Shown here: piece by piece, positions 50,763-64,000 of the stretch | How the letters are laid out: every line of letters begins with the position of its first letter | Position numbering within the stretch: the first letter of the stretch is position 1 | Notes under the pieces: model-generated | Databases searched by the model: none | Told to the model about the DNA's origin: nothing | What the model saw: the letters and a program-made list of their open reading frames with translations, nothing else | Made by a program: the position numbers and the translations under genes | Source: Chrysomallon squamiferum | Taxonomy: Eukaryota; Animalia; Mollusca | Assembly: GCA_012295275.1 (NCBI GenBank) | Contig: CM022672.1 | Span: forward strand, 8,060,001 to 8,124,000 | Direction of reading: 5' to 3' | DNA: 64,000 bases

Positions 50763-51357
50763 GTTAGTATGTAATGATAAAATTAATGTACACATGTAAA
50801 CAAACTACAGTGTATTCTCTATGTACGTTTGAACTAAGTACAGTGCGTTTTGTTTCTGTTAACTTCAAGATATAATCATACGAATTTGAGAGTGTGAGAG
50901 ACTCTAAAATTTAACAACAGTTATAAAAATAAAATATTATTAACGATAAAGAGAACTGATCATTCCTCAAGCAGTTGTTCTGACCACTGAGCCATAGGTC
51001 ATCGTTTCGTGTTCGGTAACAAAATAAAACTTGAGTAAATGAAATTACTACAGTAGACTGCAATGCATCTCTCGTTCATTTCCGAAATTATTTCATTCGT
51101 CTTCCATTGCTCTATATTTTATCTCAGACTGAATCATAAAAATTTATCACAATATCGAAACAGCAGAATTGTTCTGCACATAAATTGTCCGAACTCGGAC
51201 ATCATATGTATGTGCTTTTAGTGTAATTTAATTAGTCTTCGTTGGAAGAGTACACAGCACCGTGACACAGTCTTTAAGTTGAATTTGCTACAAGTCTGCA
51301 AATTTTATCCTGTATTAATGCATTTAGAAAATAGTAAAATCATCATCATCATCACAA

Positions 51358-51409
<52 letters not shown>

Positions 51410-52624
51410 TTGATGACATTAAGTTGTGTTTTATTTTTACATTATCAAGATTTTTCATTTTGATATAGTTTCAAGATTCTGTAATTTGATACAATGACGA
51501 TATATTTCATTTGATAACGTATGGTAATTTTCATGTTTACTGGACGCGAAAATTCATTTCGACAACAAAATACACGGCCAAGTAGACCTTTCATTTGGAA
51601 ATGCGTGGATTTATCGCTTGTTATTTGATGTTAATTGGGTGGCAATGTGTTTCTTTGTGGTGATGGTCGACGCTTGCAGTTAGTGGAAAATGAACGTTAT
51701 AGCTTTCCTGAGAAAATCGTACACTCTCTCGTTTGTACACGCTTAATGCCATCGATAGACGTAAACATTAGAACAAATGTGTGATTTTAACACAATTCAG
51801 TATTTTATTGTTTTAAGTGCTTCTGATTTTATATTAACAAACCTTGAACTTGTCTCGATGAAGTTCAGTCATCTCATAGAGTCTAGAGAAGGAAGAAGGA
51901 AAAAAATAAAAAAATAAAGATAATTAAAGTACTAAAAGACTGCAAAAGAAAATAAGGAAGGATAACTGAAAGAAAATTAGAACAATATATACGAAAATAA
52001 ATAAAATTAGAATGAAATAAAGACAGGAAGGAAAAAGTGAAGATTAAAACAAAACCAAAGTATGAAGAATTGGAAAGTATCATTGGCAGTTAACATAAAG
52101 CAGCTGAAACGAACATTGGGAAAAACGCGAGAATTAACGAGATTACGCGAGAGTATAACGCGCTCTCTTCAGCAAATAATTCACAAAAATTTAACCAGCA
52201 TTTGTCCGCGGGGCGAGCGGCCATGGACGCGATGAAAAACGTTATCTGCCTATTAACGTTTGCAGTCTACATGCAAATACAATAATAACGCGAAATCAGC
52301 GGAACTAAATTACATTGCAGCTAATCTACTTATCTCTCGTGGTCTGTCAATTTTCATTTAACCTGTACGTACACAGTTAATTGAAGCATGTTGACTGAGC
52401 CCACCACCAAAATTAGCTTATTTCTCGTCATTGTTTCTGCTTGAGCCCAGGAAGCGCACAAATCAAACATTCTCATATTTGAACATTTCGTTTTGCTACT
52501 GCCAGTATCTGTTTCTCCTCGAACGCGCCGCGAAAACGAGAAATGAAGTTGAAAAAAAACAAATTAGAGGTTTTCCTATTGATTCACTGACAGGATGAAT
52601 GAAAGATTAGAAAATAGAATTCTT

Positions 52625-52714
<90 letters not shown>

Positions 52715-53497
52715 TTAAAATTAATATTGAAATTCGCAGTATTACATACATAATTTTTAACTTTTCTTTTCTTTCTTTTTCTTTATTATTTAATTATAAT
52801 TTAAATTTTATTTTTAGTGTTATTGTCTATTAAAGACTTTGATTAAATATTTTTTAATTATTTAATTCACAGATGGTTATATTTATTATTATGCTTTATT
52901 GTTCTTTTCTTCGTTTATTTATTTATTTATTTATTTATCTTAGCTTTTCTGAACAGGTCTATAAAAACACGTTCCCTTTCTATAGGTTAGCTATTACAGT
53001 GCAATTTACAAGCGTCTCTCCCGGCTAACGAAAATGCTATCGATTCAGAGAAGATCCCCCTAATTAAACCATAATCTAAATCAGTTATCTTTTAACTGCG
53101 AGACAGCCAATATCCAGTCTACATTTCATTCACTGCGGTCCTCATTGAACGCAATCGATCGACCAATCAAAATCTAATAAGCACGCGTTGTGCTTGTTTT
53201 ACAGACGTGAAGCGCTCTTTCTGAGCGGTGAAAATAAATTTATTTCTAAAAGACGTTAGAGCTTTAAAGTGAAAACTTGCTCAAATGTTGACATATTGGT
53301 GGAACCAAAACGAAAAAAAAAAAAAACAGCAGTTCAGCAGAAAATAGAAAACTGTTGCTTGATCACTCCGTGAAATTTGAAGTGAGAAGTTATAAATAAA
53401 TAACTTTAAAGAAAAGAAAGAAAGAAAGAAAAAAATATAAGAAGGAAACAAAATGTAATACTTCTGAACAATTAGTCAGTTTTATTTGCTTTTTTAC

Positions 53498-53537
<40 letters not shown>

Positions 53538-56402
53538 TAATAAAAAATTACTTGATTTATTTCGTGGTAAACTTGTGACATTTTACAATGATAAGTACGA
53601 CAAATTGTGGTTTGTTTTCTTCACTCGTTCCCAAACCTATCTAAACGTTTTTATTTATTCTTCCTTCCAAGTCAAGTTGAAAAAAGCTAAAACATATTCT
53701 CGCTCAAGAACGATCTCACGACCCCAAGAATCGTACTTCAAATTTGGGGGAGGGTGTAAGTATTTAAATAATAAAAATCTAATATATTCAGTTTCATCTT
53801 CAATTCTGAACTAATTAATATTTACAAAATATATACATTACATATAACATACATACACACATACATACATATGTTCACAAATAAATAAATAAATAAATAA
53901 GATAAATAAATAAAATATGTATCTCTACATATAATCTATTTAATTTTTAGTCTTTATTCTTCCAGTCATGTTAAAATATGCATCATTTCCTTTAATCTTC
54001 AAATAACAAACGCTGTTTGGTTATCAGATGTCTGAGATATATTTTTCTCTCGGTTCCCACAGAACCTGAAAATAACGATATTTCTGTTTGCGTGTTTCTC
54101 TAAAATGCATACATCATTAACAAACATTTGGGGTATCAGTGATGTAATTACACACCGCAAACACAACGGAAACGTATCAAAGTGTCACAAGTTGTTACAA
54201 TAGGGAAGAATAATGTCGACTAATGCAAAATAAATAAATAAGATTTGAATCCGATTATCAAAAAAAAACAAGCCATAAATAAAACTATATACTCGCCCGG
54301 GATGGAGGTAAAAGCAGAAATAGTTATTTTATTTCACTACATCACAGAGGGGGACACAGGAAACTCTCTGCAGACATACTGAAGTCTACTTAATTTCATT
54401 TAGCATTAACGGTTAACTTATGATCACCTTCTCAACATACATAACAGAATAAATAATAAAAAAAAAAAAAAAAAAAAAAATGAAAAACAAAATATATATA
54501 TTGAAATAAAAAAAAAAAAAAAAGTTCTGTGACTTGTGACAAATCAGTTCTGAGGAAGAGGGATGTCTGAGAAGACTGGATCCAGCGATCTTCGGTGCCT
54601 CTCTCTTTCTCTGTAACCACTAAACCACCACGATGTCTCTGCAAGATATGAATATTTTAAAATGAATAAACAATTTTCGAGGTAAACTGGTTATGTGAAA
54701 GTTTTAAAACTGAATCCCTTGTTTCCAACGACTTTTAAAGCATTATAATTCTTTGAACGGAAGACCCCCAAAAATACGTTTGAAACGGCACTGGAGGAAA
54801 ACATCTTTCAAGTTCTTGATTTAATAATAGTGAATATTTTGTGTTTGATTTTGTTTGCTCAGTATAACTTACGGAATCGTTCAAAACTCGCAAAATTTAC
54901 GCTATTACCTTTCTTTAAACTGACAGTCAAAAACAATTACCTACAAGATAGCAAGGAAGCTTTCTATCACCACAACACAGGAAGGACTTGAAAGTAAGTG
55001 TTTCTTCTTTGTTGCTCGAACCTCTTTGAATGAATACTGGAAGACTCAGCCAGAGAGGTTTCTCATCAAAATCATGATCAGTAACTGAGTTTAGTCTGGG
55101 AACAAGTTATGGACGAGCACGCTCAAAACCAATGTCGACTTCACAGTGAATAGTTCATCATTCTTGATTGAAAACTAAAACAATCTCGATCGTGCTGCAA
55201 AAGATCAATGTTGTTTGGGCAGCAGGTGCGGATTTGAGGGTGCAGCCCAAGATCGCCTGGAATCTCTTTAACTGTTTGTAATTGTAACATATTCTTTTAA
55301 CAAAACATTGTTGTCCTTTTTCCAAGAAATCCATTGAAAATGAACTACTCTTTATATACCGATGTTCTTAGATATTTTTTAAACGAACATATGAAATTTA
55401 TAAATTTTTATCTCCAAATAAAGAATTAGCTTTAATACTGAATAACAAAGCACAATTTCTTAATTGTACGCAAATTTTATATGTTTTTTTTCCCAGACAA
55501 TCTGTTTATTTATTTATTTTTATATTTTGTATTATTACTGTCTATGAACACCTTCATCTATTTATCATTTTTTATGACGTTTCTGTTCATTTTAATCACT
55601 GTTTAAATAAGAATGTAATTATATATCAATTTTCTAATTATGTATATGTTTTATGTATCTGATCAGCCTAATTAGGCTAGATGACAATATTATTTTATGA
55701 AAATAACATATTAAGTCATGGTTTATTGTCATGTTATAATAAACAGTACAGTGAAGTGAAGTGTGAAGTGAAGTGACAAAATTTAACGTGCCAATCAGAG
55801 CAAGCGGTTGTAAAGCACGTCTAGTATTGTTCATTCAGTATTGCAATATATAATCACTCACTGAAATGCTGCACTGCTGTTTTATATCACTGAATCTGAT
55901 TGGATAATTTAAGAGAAGCTGTTACCCCTATTTCCAAGTATTACAGACCGCTCCTGAGTTCTGAAGCCTTTGTGAGACGTCCGGCACAAAAAGTCGACCA
56001 GTCATTTCTTTTTAATGGTTCCTAGATGCGCAAGAGTCCAGTACACCAATTACTTCCCCAAAGTAGATTTGTTTTTCTGGTGTTTTTTTCCCTTGCTGTA
56101 TTGCTTTTCTAGTTAAACGTATTTGCCTCTTGTCGTCGTTATTTTCCCAGCGAGTGAGATTCCCGGCTCCAGTTGCACAACTTGATGTAGCAAATACCAT
56201 CAGTGTAATGAAATTTGCCTCTCTGAAGTGTAGCAGCAAATAGGTATGATATCGTATTTCTCTCTCCGTGTGTCATAGACATTTGTCTGGGACTGTTACA
56301 GTGTATATCTTTTCATCCACCTCAGTTAGCCACAGAGGTTTTATTTTTTAAAACAAATTTTTTATTGATGAATTGATTGTATCACTGACAGTGAAAATGG
56401 CA

Positions 56403-56493
<91 letters not shown>

Positions 56494-56497
56494 TCTC

Positions 56498-56632
56498 ATT
56501 GAGTTTCTCTGTTTTCATTTATCTCTAAATTGAACTGATATGTGTGCAATTCATCTTTTGTAATCTGTTTTTATGGCATGTTGTTCTAACGAAATTGTTC
56601 CAACAGACAGTTAAAAAGATGGATGGATATAC
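56498..56632 (+). repeat. (CT)n-associated dispersed repeat, copy B
   Basis: Aligns to 23136-23265; preceded by (CT)n at ~56405-56490. Confidence 0.75.
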
Positions 56633-56837
56633 AGATTTTTATAAATAAATAAATAAGAAAAAAAGGAAGAAAAGGAAACAAAAAGCAAAAAGAAAAAGAA
56701 AAGAAGAAGCAAACAAAACAAACAAACAAACAAAACAATGTAAATAAAAAATAAATAACAAAAACAAAAATAACTCACAACAGAAATAAGCTCCAGTAGA
56801 AAACATTATTTTTTATTCTATTGTGAAATAATCTTTG

Positions 56838-56869
<32 letters not shown>

Positions 56870-58563
56870 AAGAAATTAAACTGTAATATTATTTGTCTTT
56901 GAATCCATGACACTGAGACTGTCGTCGTCACTTCTACGTGGAATAAGCTAACTCCTCTCATCACCATTAGTGAATGACGTTTGATATTGCATTCTGATTT
57001 TTTCCACACAATGCGACATTTGATCTAATCTCTGCGGATCTCATTTATCACGACAACCTGCAGTTCACCCTTGGCAGTTATCGAATTGGTATTCCACGGC
57101 GTCGGTGATGCGTGTAACTTCCAGCCTGGAACCCGACAGGGCTAACGAGCCAGCGCAGATTAATGTGGCTAAATTGTTCAATGTATGCACGCTGTGGCCC
57201 ATTTCCTCTTCGGAAGTGAGCATAATCCCAGGAGATGTATACATCATATTAGACTGTTTACTTAGAACAAGATTAAGACGATTATCATGAAGATAAAACA
57301 AATGCCGTGCCGAGATCCTGAAAGGCCACAGAACCTGCAATCGATATTTTGTTTTCTTTTGAGGTTCGGAAGAACAATTAATGAAACGACCGGTAATTGA
57401 ATGAAATAAGAAAATTCACGTGAACTTGAAGTGATTTATTTGATGTGGAAAACAATGGCGGACTGTTCGCAGGGAAAACGCTTGGTTTCCAATACATGGC
57501 TGTTCACATTTACATGACAAACAAACAATATTCTCGTTTCTACGTTCGTTAAACAGTTTATTCAAATGTAATTGTATTCAGTTGACGCTGTGGACATTTT
57601 CCTGTTGTCCCGGACAGCACAGATAGTAACTGAAAAACAAGTAGAGAATATTCTGCATAACAATGCAATAGCTTGTTCTTTAAAAAATGCTTTGTATGCG
57701 GAAGTGAACAAGTTTCTGTTAATGTAATGCTACTGAAATAAATATATTGCATTTATTCTACCACCTGGTGTGTCATATTTATCATACCTGTCATCATATG
57801 TGTAATCAATGAGATATAATTTCTACTTATAAAATACATATACATAATAAATGAAGTGTTTAATGAGGAGCGCATAGGCATACCAAAAGGGCACCAACAT
57901 TTTCAGTATCCACCCAATAGTAACAACAACAAGAACTACTGGTACTGGTACTACTATTACTATTACAACTATCACCACTACTACTAATACTAATATTACA
58001 ACCACCACAACTACTACTACTCTCATTGCGACTACCACCACCATTAACCTGTCATTCATTATCAGGCCTCTCCCATTATCTTCAGCAGCACATTACAGTA
58101 CATCAACATTATTACCGTCATCAACGACACCATCAGCTACACAAAAACGATGGCCAAAAACAAAGCATCAACAGAAATCCAACTTCAACAGCAGCAGTAT
58201 TAATCATAATTTTGAAGTGATGATGATGATAATGACTGTGATAATAAGCACCAATAAAGTCAATACATAAGCAATGTAAAGGCATTAAAATGAAAGATAC
58301 AAAACAAGGTTAGACGAGCGATGTTGAAGTCATCAGACAGACTTCTCCAACAGTTCAGTGTAAACAACAGAACTCTCAAACCCTGCAAGTTACGTTCACT
58401 TTCTTCCTTAACCGAATTTATCACAGGATGAATACGGTCTGATCATTTCATAGTCACGAAATTAACGAACAAAACAAAGGACCTGTGTTATTTAAATATT
58501 TGAAAATAACCGAACTTTTTTTTTTTTACAGTGTGTATTTAATATATTATTATTATTATTATT

Positions 58564-58599
<36 letters not shown>

Positions 58600-59626
58600 A
58601 TTATTATTTAAAAAAAGCTAATAACGTACAGAGATATAAAGTATCCAGCTAGTCATAAAAATCCTTTTTAAACGCCATGAAGAGAAATAATGTCGTTTTA
58701 AACCTTTGATAAAAATTACAATTTTTGTTAATCATTTACTTCATTTCCTTGTTTAATCTTCATCAGAAATAAATCTCTACAAAGGTCCTTTCTATCACTA
58801 TGTCAGGTTTTTCTTCTTCTTCTTCTTCTTATTATTATTATTATTATTATTATTATTGTTATTGTTATTGTTATTTTTTTTTTTTTTTTTTTATGAAAGG
58901 TTTTGATACCATCAGTTAGTCAAGCATTAGACACTCACTTACATGAATAAGAGCTTAAAACAAATATACCTTAGTCCCGGAATCAGGTCGTTTTAAAATA
59001 TTTGTTTAAATCGTTTAGTTCTGAAAAGATTTAATAAAAAAAAAAAAAAAGGGCAGACACGCTGTACTGAAATTAGTTTTGAAATAACTTAAATTGGAAA
59101 AATAAGATAAGAGGATAAAAAAAAATGTTCATCGCCTATTCAAAAAATATTTGCTTAAATTCTCAGTCGTGTGAAATACACGTCTGGTCTTGTTTGGTCT
59201 TGTTTGATCATAATTGGTCGAATTTACCGATCACTCCACGTTGTTAACTACAATTTCGACTTCGTTTTCGAGGATAAAATACGGATAAAAACATTCTTGT
59301 TGTTTTTTCAAGCAGACCTAGTGCGGTTACATGAAAATTAAATTATTATATTTTCCATAACAAGTTTCAAATTTCACCAGATCTCTGCTGGAATTTACAA
59401 AAACAAATTGTAACGTTCCCAAATGTATATCACAGTGCAAGTCACTTTAAGACGTATAATGTTACCATGGTTACCAAGAGACATGTTTATTTGGTTTATG
59501 GAATGTTTGATCCACAGGGAGGAAAGACGTAAAAATGATTTATGCGTCCGAGTCCCCTCGGCTTGTCTGTTCTATTCCGATATAAAGAGGAAAAAATATT
59601 AAATGTCTTTCTGAAACAGGTATATT

Positions 59627-59720
<94 letters not shown>

Positions 59721-60157
59721 ATTTTCAAAAACCCTTTCTACCTATGTAATTAAAGATCTAAAGAAAAACAATCAAAAAGAACCGCAATCAATATCGAGCT
59801 TTAGAAATGCTTGAATAATCAAATTGAAAAATGTAAATTATCTGTGACACACCAAGTTGACATCTGAGATGTTTCAAGCTCAGAAACGAGAAACGTAAAG
59901 TGCGTGTGTTCGGAGTGCTGCCAGCTTGAATCTGTAACGTAACATTGATTTCACTATCTCGCTTTCAAGTCGTTGTTTCTATTGTTGAATCGCGGGGATC
60001 AATCATTATTATTTTGAAATCTTCATTTACTGACGCCTCCCCAGGGATAGAGGTGACTTTTGCAGTGTGGCAGTCCTCCTAGATCTCTTAAATTCAGAAT
60101 TGACCACTAGAGATTTTTCCTCTTTTTTTCGGTCTATTGTGAAAGTCATCATACGTC

Positions 60158-60277
60158 TCTGTAGGATATGAACAAATATTCACATTATGTGACATTTCAT
60201 ATTAAAATAAAAAATTATTATATTTTTATTTTAGAATGGAATGTTACATAATGTGAATATTCGTTCTTATTTACAGA
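60158..60277. repeat. Imperfect inverted repeat (~55-bp arms), MITE-like hairpin
   Basis: gaacaaatattcacattatgtgacatttcatattaaaataaaaa pairs with tttttattttagaatggaatgttacataatgtgaatattcgttc. Confidence 0.8.
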
Positions 60278-63078
60278 ATCTGGCAGTCTTCTTCTAAAAT
60301 GCCAAGACCTTTCCATTTGAGGTTTGGATTAGAAACAACTGTGAATATTTCAGTAATGTTTTGCGGCATTATACCAGATCGATTAGAATTCTTTTTCTTT
60401 ATTTTTCTATTTCATTTTTAATTTTTTTTTTAATTTTTAAAATTTAAAAACAAAATTTTCTTCAGAATTGTCTGCGGATAGTTCTTGATTTGTCTGCAGA
60501 TAGTAAATAAAATAAAATATTTTTAAAAATTAATTAGTTAATTTTTTATTATTATATTTATAAATTAACAGAAATTGATTTAAGATAAAAATTTAAAATA
60601 ACATTTTTTTCTTAAAAAAAAAAAAAAAAAAAAAAAAATAAATAAAATAAAATAAAAGTCAAATGAAATGAAAGAAAAGAAAGAAAAAACATAATCATAA
60701 TTCAAAATAAAAAATACTAACTTTATTAAATTCATATCTAACAAAAAGATTACACAGAAAGATTTCATTTAATGATTGCAAGGTCCACGAGACTTCGATT
60801 AACATCTAAACAAGATTTTAAGAATCTACCCGAGGCAAAACAAGTAGAAAAACAAAATTAACAAATGATTTCATTCAAATAGTAAACGGAAAAGGGGCGG
60901 GTCAGTTGGGTGTTGAGAAGGTCTGGAACACACCCTTTAATGAAAACCAAATTTCTTTTGTTTTATTTTCAAACTGACAAGGAACAGATTAATTCGTTTT
61001 CAGATATATTTTGTTTACTTATAAATATTTACTGATTTCGTTATTGCTTCATGTTTAAACTGCAGAATTGTGTACATGTATTAGTAAAACAGTCTATAGG
61101 GAGAGACTGCTCCACCTAAAAAACATCCTACGTTCATCCCTGTTAATGTTGAATAAGAAGAAGAGAAAAAGAAAATATTCAAGCTGTTCAATTACTTCTA
61201 AATATCAATGATTTTTTTGGGGTAAATCTAACGTTCTGTGCAACATTTTTTTAGAAAAATAGAATTATTCGTTAATTAGGTTTTCTGCAGCACAAGTTTA
61301 GAAGTACAGCTGGTGTTAGAACGTTTAAGAAAAAAACAAATGTAAGCTGTGGAGAATCGAACATGCATCCTCTTGTTCTAGCGTGAAAGAGCTTAAATAA
61401 AAACGTAATAGAGCACGTAAAAACCGATGTAAAGACTTTTACACACAGGGATAGAGAAACAAAGGAGAGAGCAAAGATATTAATATAAAATACTTATTCA
61501 TTTACACTTAAATCCTATTGTTGTGCGCTCGTCATTCATTTCGTTAGTTTAATTTGTGTATTTACAGTTAGTAGAAGATTTAGACTTCCAAAGACTGATC
61601 CAGCTACTCATCACGCATCAGTGACGCATTCTAACCAATGGGCTAAAGTTAGGTCGTATCGAAAATGACGTAGAACTGAAAGCTTATTAAGTCATTGAAG
61701 TACAAATCTAACCACGTGTCTGCAACTCAAGTAGATAGTCACCAAATCGTATTATTGGAGAATCATGTCTCACTTGATTCTGACTGTACACTTATAGATC
61801 CCTGTACGATAATATCACAAACAATAAATATAAACCGGGCCTACATTTCAGTTCTGTACTCGAGACTGAGCCGTCACCTCGCAGAACATACAGTGAAAAA
61901 GAAACCATCGCAGGAAACTAAGCCAATAATATTATATATGATTAATCATGTTATTATTCTTCCCCGGGTTTTTCTTTTTTCGTTATTTTTCCTTTCGTTC
62001 TTTCTTATTATTACTTTCATTATTATTTAAAAAAAAAAAAAAAAAAAAAAAAATTCCTATCTGGCATTTACGTAAAGAGTGTTAAAAAAAAAAAAAAAAA
62101 AGAGAATATGAAACAGTTGGATTAATAGAAGATATTCTGTTTTAAAATATAAATTCAGAAACAATCACGAAATAGAAGTTTTTTTTTAGTAAATGAAGGA
62201 TGTAGAATTAATAGACATATGTGTTGCTGCTACCTGCAGATAAAATAATTAAGTTTAGCTAGCTAAGTCTCTGTGACACAGATAAGTATATCAGTGGAGA
62301 TTCAGTTTTGGAACAGACTATAACAAACTACTCACATAGGATATCTTTATTATTACATGGGTGCTATGAGTTTGAATTAGTCTTCTGTAATATTATTAAA
62401 ACAGAATGAAAAACACATACACATTTTTACAAGATAAACTACAAAATAAATTGATAATAAAAATAAATACAAATATGAATATAAAAGCCATATTCGCAAA
62501 TTTCAAGAATATCGTATAGTTTTTATTTACATGCAATTTTGCAGAATTAATAGAATTTCTTCACTTTATCACTCGAAAATTTCATTATTACTCAGTATCG
62601 CTTGTTGCTTTTTTTTGTGTGTGTTTTTGTTTTTGTTTTTGGGGTTTTGTTTTTTTGTTGTTGTTGTTGTTTTATTTTTGTAACGGCTAAGGTAATCAAG
62701 CGGTAGTTTTGGCGGAAAAGAGAGAAATAAACAGAATGAGAATGTACAGAAAAAGAAGAAGAAAAAGGGGAAAGTAAAATCAAAATTAAAATTTTGTTTT
62801 TATTCACGAGAATAATGACTATATTTATTTATTTATTTATAACACTTCTGGTTTCCGCTGCGTGCAGATAGGTTGCAAATTCAATACAGCTTTCAGTTAT
62901 TTTCTGATAACCTTAGCGTACGATTACGACATAAGACAGCGAATCAGTGCAGTAAGCAGGGAAATGTGACCTATGAATTATGTTACTAAATAGCGGACGA
63001 TAAATGTCAGCGAGATTGGATTAGAAAGATCTAACTATATGCACTTATCTGTAATTAAGTTTTTGAGTAGGTTAAGCA

Positions 63079-63345
63079 AAGTAATTCAAACTCGTATATG
63101 TCGAGTAACGTAATTTAAACTCGTGTATGTGGAGTAACGTAATATAAACTCTTTTATGTGGAGTAACGTAATGTCAACTTGTGAATGTCGAGTAATGTAA
63201 TTTAAACTCGTGTATGTGGAGTAACGTAATTTCAACTCGTGAATGTCGAGTAATGTAATTTAAACTCGTGTATGTGGAGTAACGTAATTTACACTTACGT
63301 CTGCCGAGTAATGTAATTTAAAAATGTTTATATCGAGTAACGTAA
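63079..63345. repeat. 29-bp minisatellite, ~9 copies
   Basis: Unit aactcgtgtatgtggagtaacgtaattta with variants. Confidence 0.88.
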
Positions 63346-63774
63346 AAGTTACTAGGTTTTAATTCGTATACTTTGTTAACTGAATCATAGACAATCAGAT
63401 ACTTTAGAAACAAAGAAAGTACAAAACAAATAAATGAACAACAACAACAATAAAACTGATGATACTAAATAAATATATAAATTTTGTTACAATAGTTTTA
63501 AAGAAGTAACCTGATGACACTACATTTATGTGTCAACAAAGTGCTTATTGCATTCACATTTAACAGACAGAAAAGTATATCATATGATACAGCATTCCCG
63601 AAGCACCGGCAATCTCAGAAAACAGGAAAAAAGTAACATAAAGTTAACTACGAAGACGCTGTTAATCAGCTAGTTTGAACATGTCTTCACTCAAAAGAGT
63701 GCTAGTATGTTACTACGTTGGTATATTCGTATGTTAGTATTTTAGAAGAGAAGATCTAGTGAACATACACATCA

Positions 63775-63852
63775 CCTATTAACTCTGGGATCGATCCCTA
63801 AGCTTACCGTTGTTAAGGATTTCTGCACAACCACAGAGCTATCGAGACTGGT
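63775..63852 (-). mobile_element. Possible tRNA-derived SINE head (degenerate)
   Basis: Minus strand: tagctctgtggt (A-box-like) ... gggatcgatccc (B-box-like) at tRNA-like spacing; no good cloverleaf. Confidence 0.35.
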
Positions 63853-64000
63853 CAGCCAGGGACATCACAACTGACCAGCGTCATTGAAGTAACATAGCTC
63901 TCACGTTTTTCCTCTCCGGAGATAAAAATCTTTACATATCGGACATCAGATAGCGAATTTCGTTTTTACTGATCGATTTGTGAGCAGGATTTTGTTTATA

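Overview
AT-rich, microsatellite-rich eukaryotic DNA with spliceosomal genes; a lophotrochozoan/mollusc-like animal is inferred from the gene content. 1-34 kb is a tandem array (~16 kb period) of a 14-exon receptor-type protein tyrosine phosphatase: signal peptide, furin-like Cys-rich module, two EGF-like modules, several FN3, RRKR site, TM, PTP-D1, PTP-D2. Two complete units are present (4344-16585, 20088-32776) plus the 3' end of a third at the window start. TM, D1 and almost all of D2 lie in one ~2.5 kb exon. The paralogs have near-identical ectodomains but a strongly diverged juxtamembrane/wedge region. Copy 1 has a GAA>TAA tail truncation; copy 2 has a 1-bp frameshift in exon 6. Each unit also carries an orphan minus-strand signal-peptide exon. 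35.9-44 kb is a WDR38-like WD40 gene whose splice sites are multiplied by minisatellites. 45.8-49.1 kb is a decayed Sola2-like transposon with an internal 45/46-bp minisatellite. 49-64 kb is gene-poor, with candidate regulatory islands, a hairpin and small repeats. All exon calls and family assignments were made by eye, with no database search.
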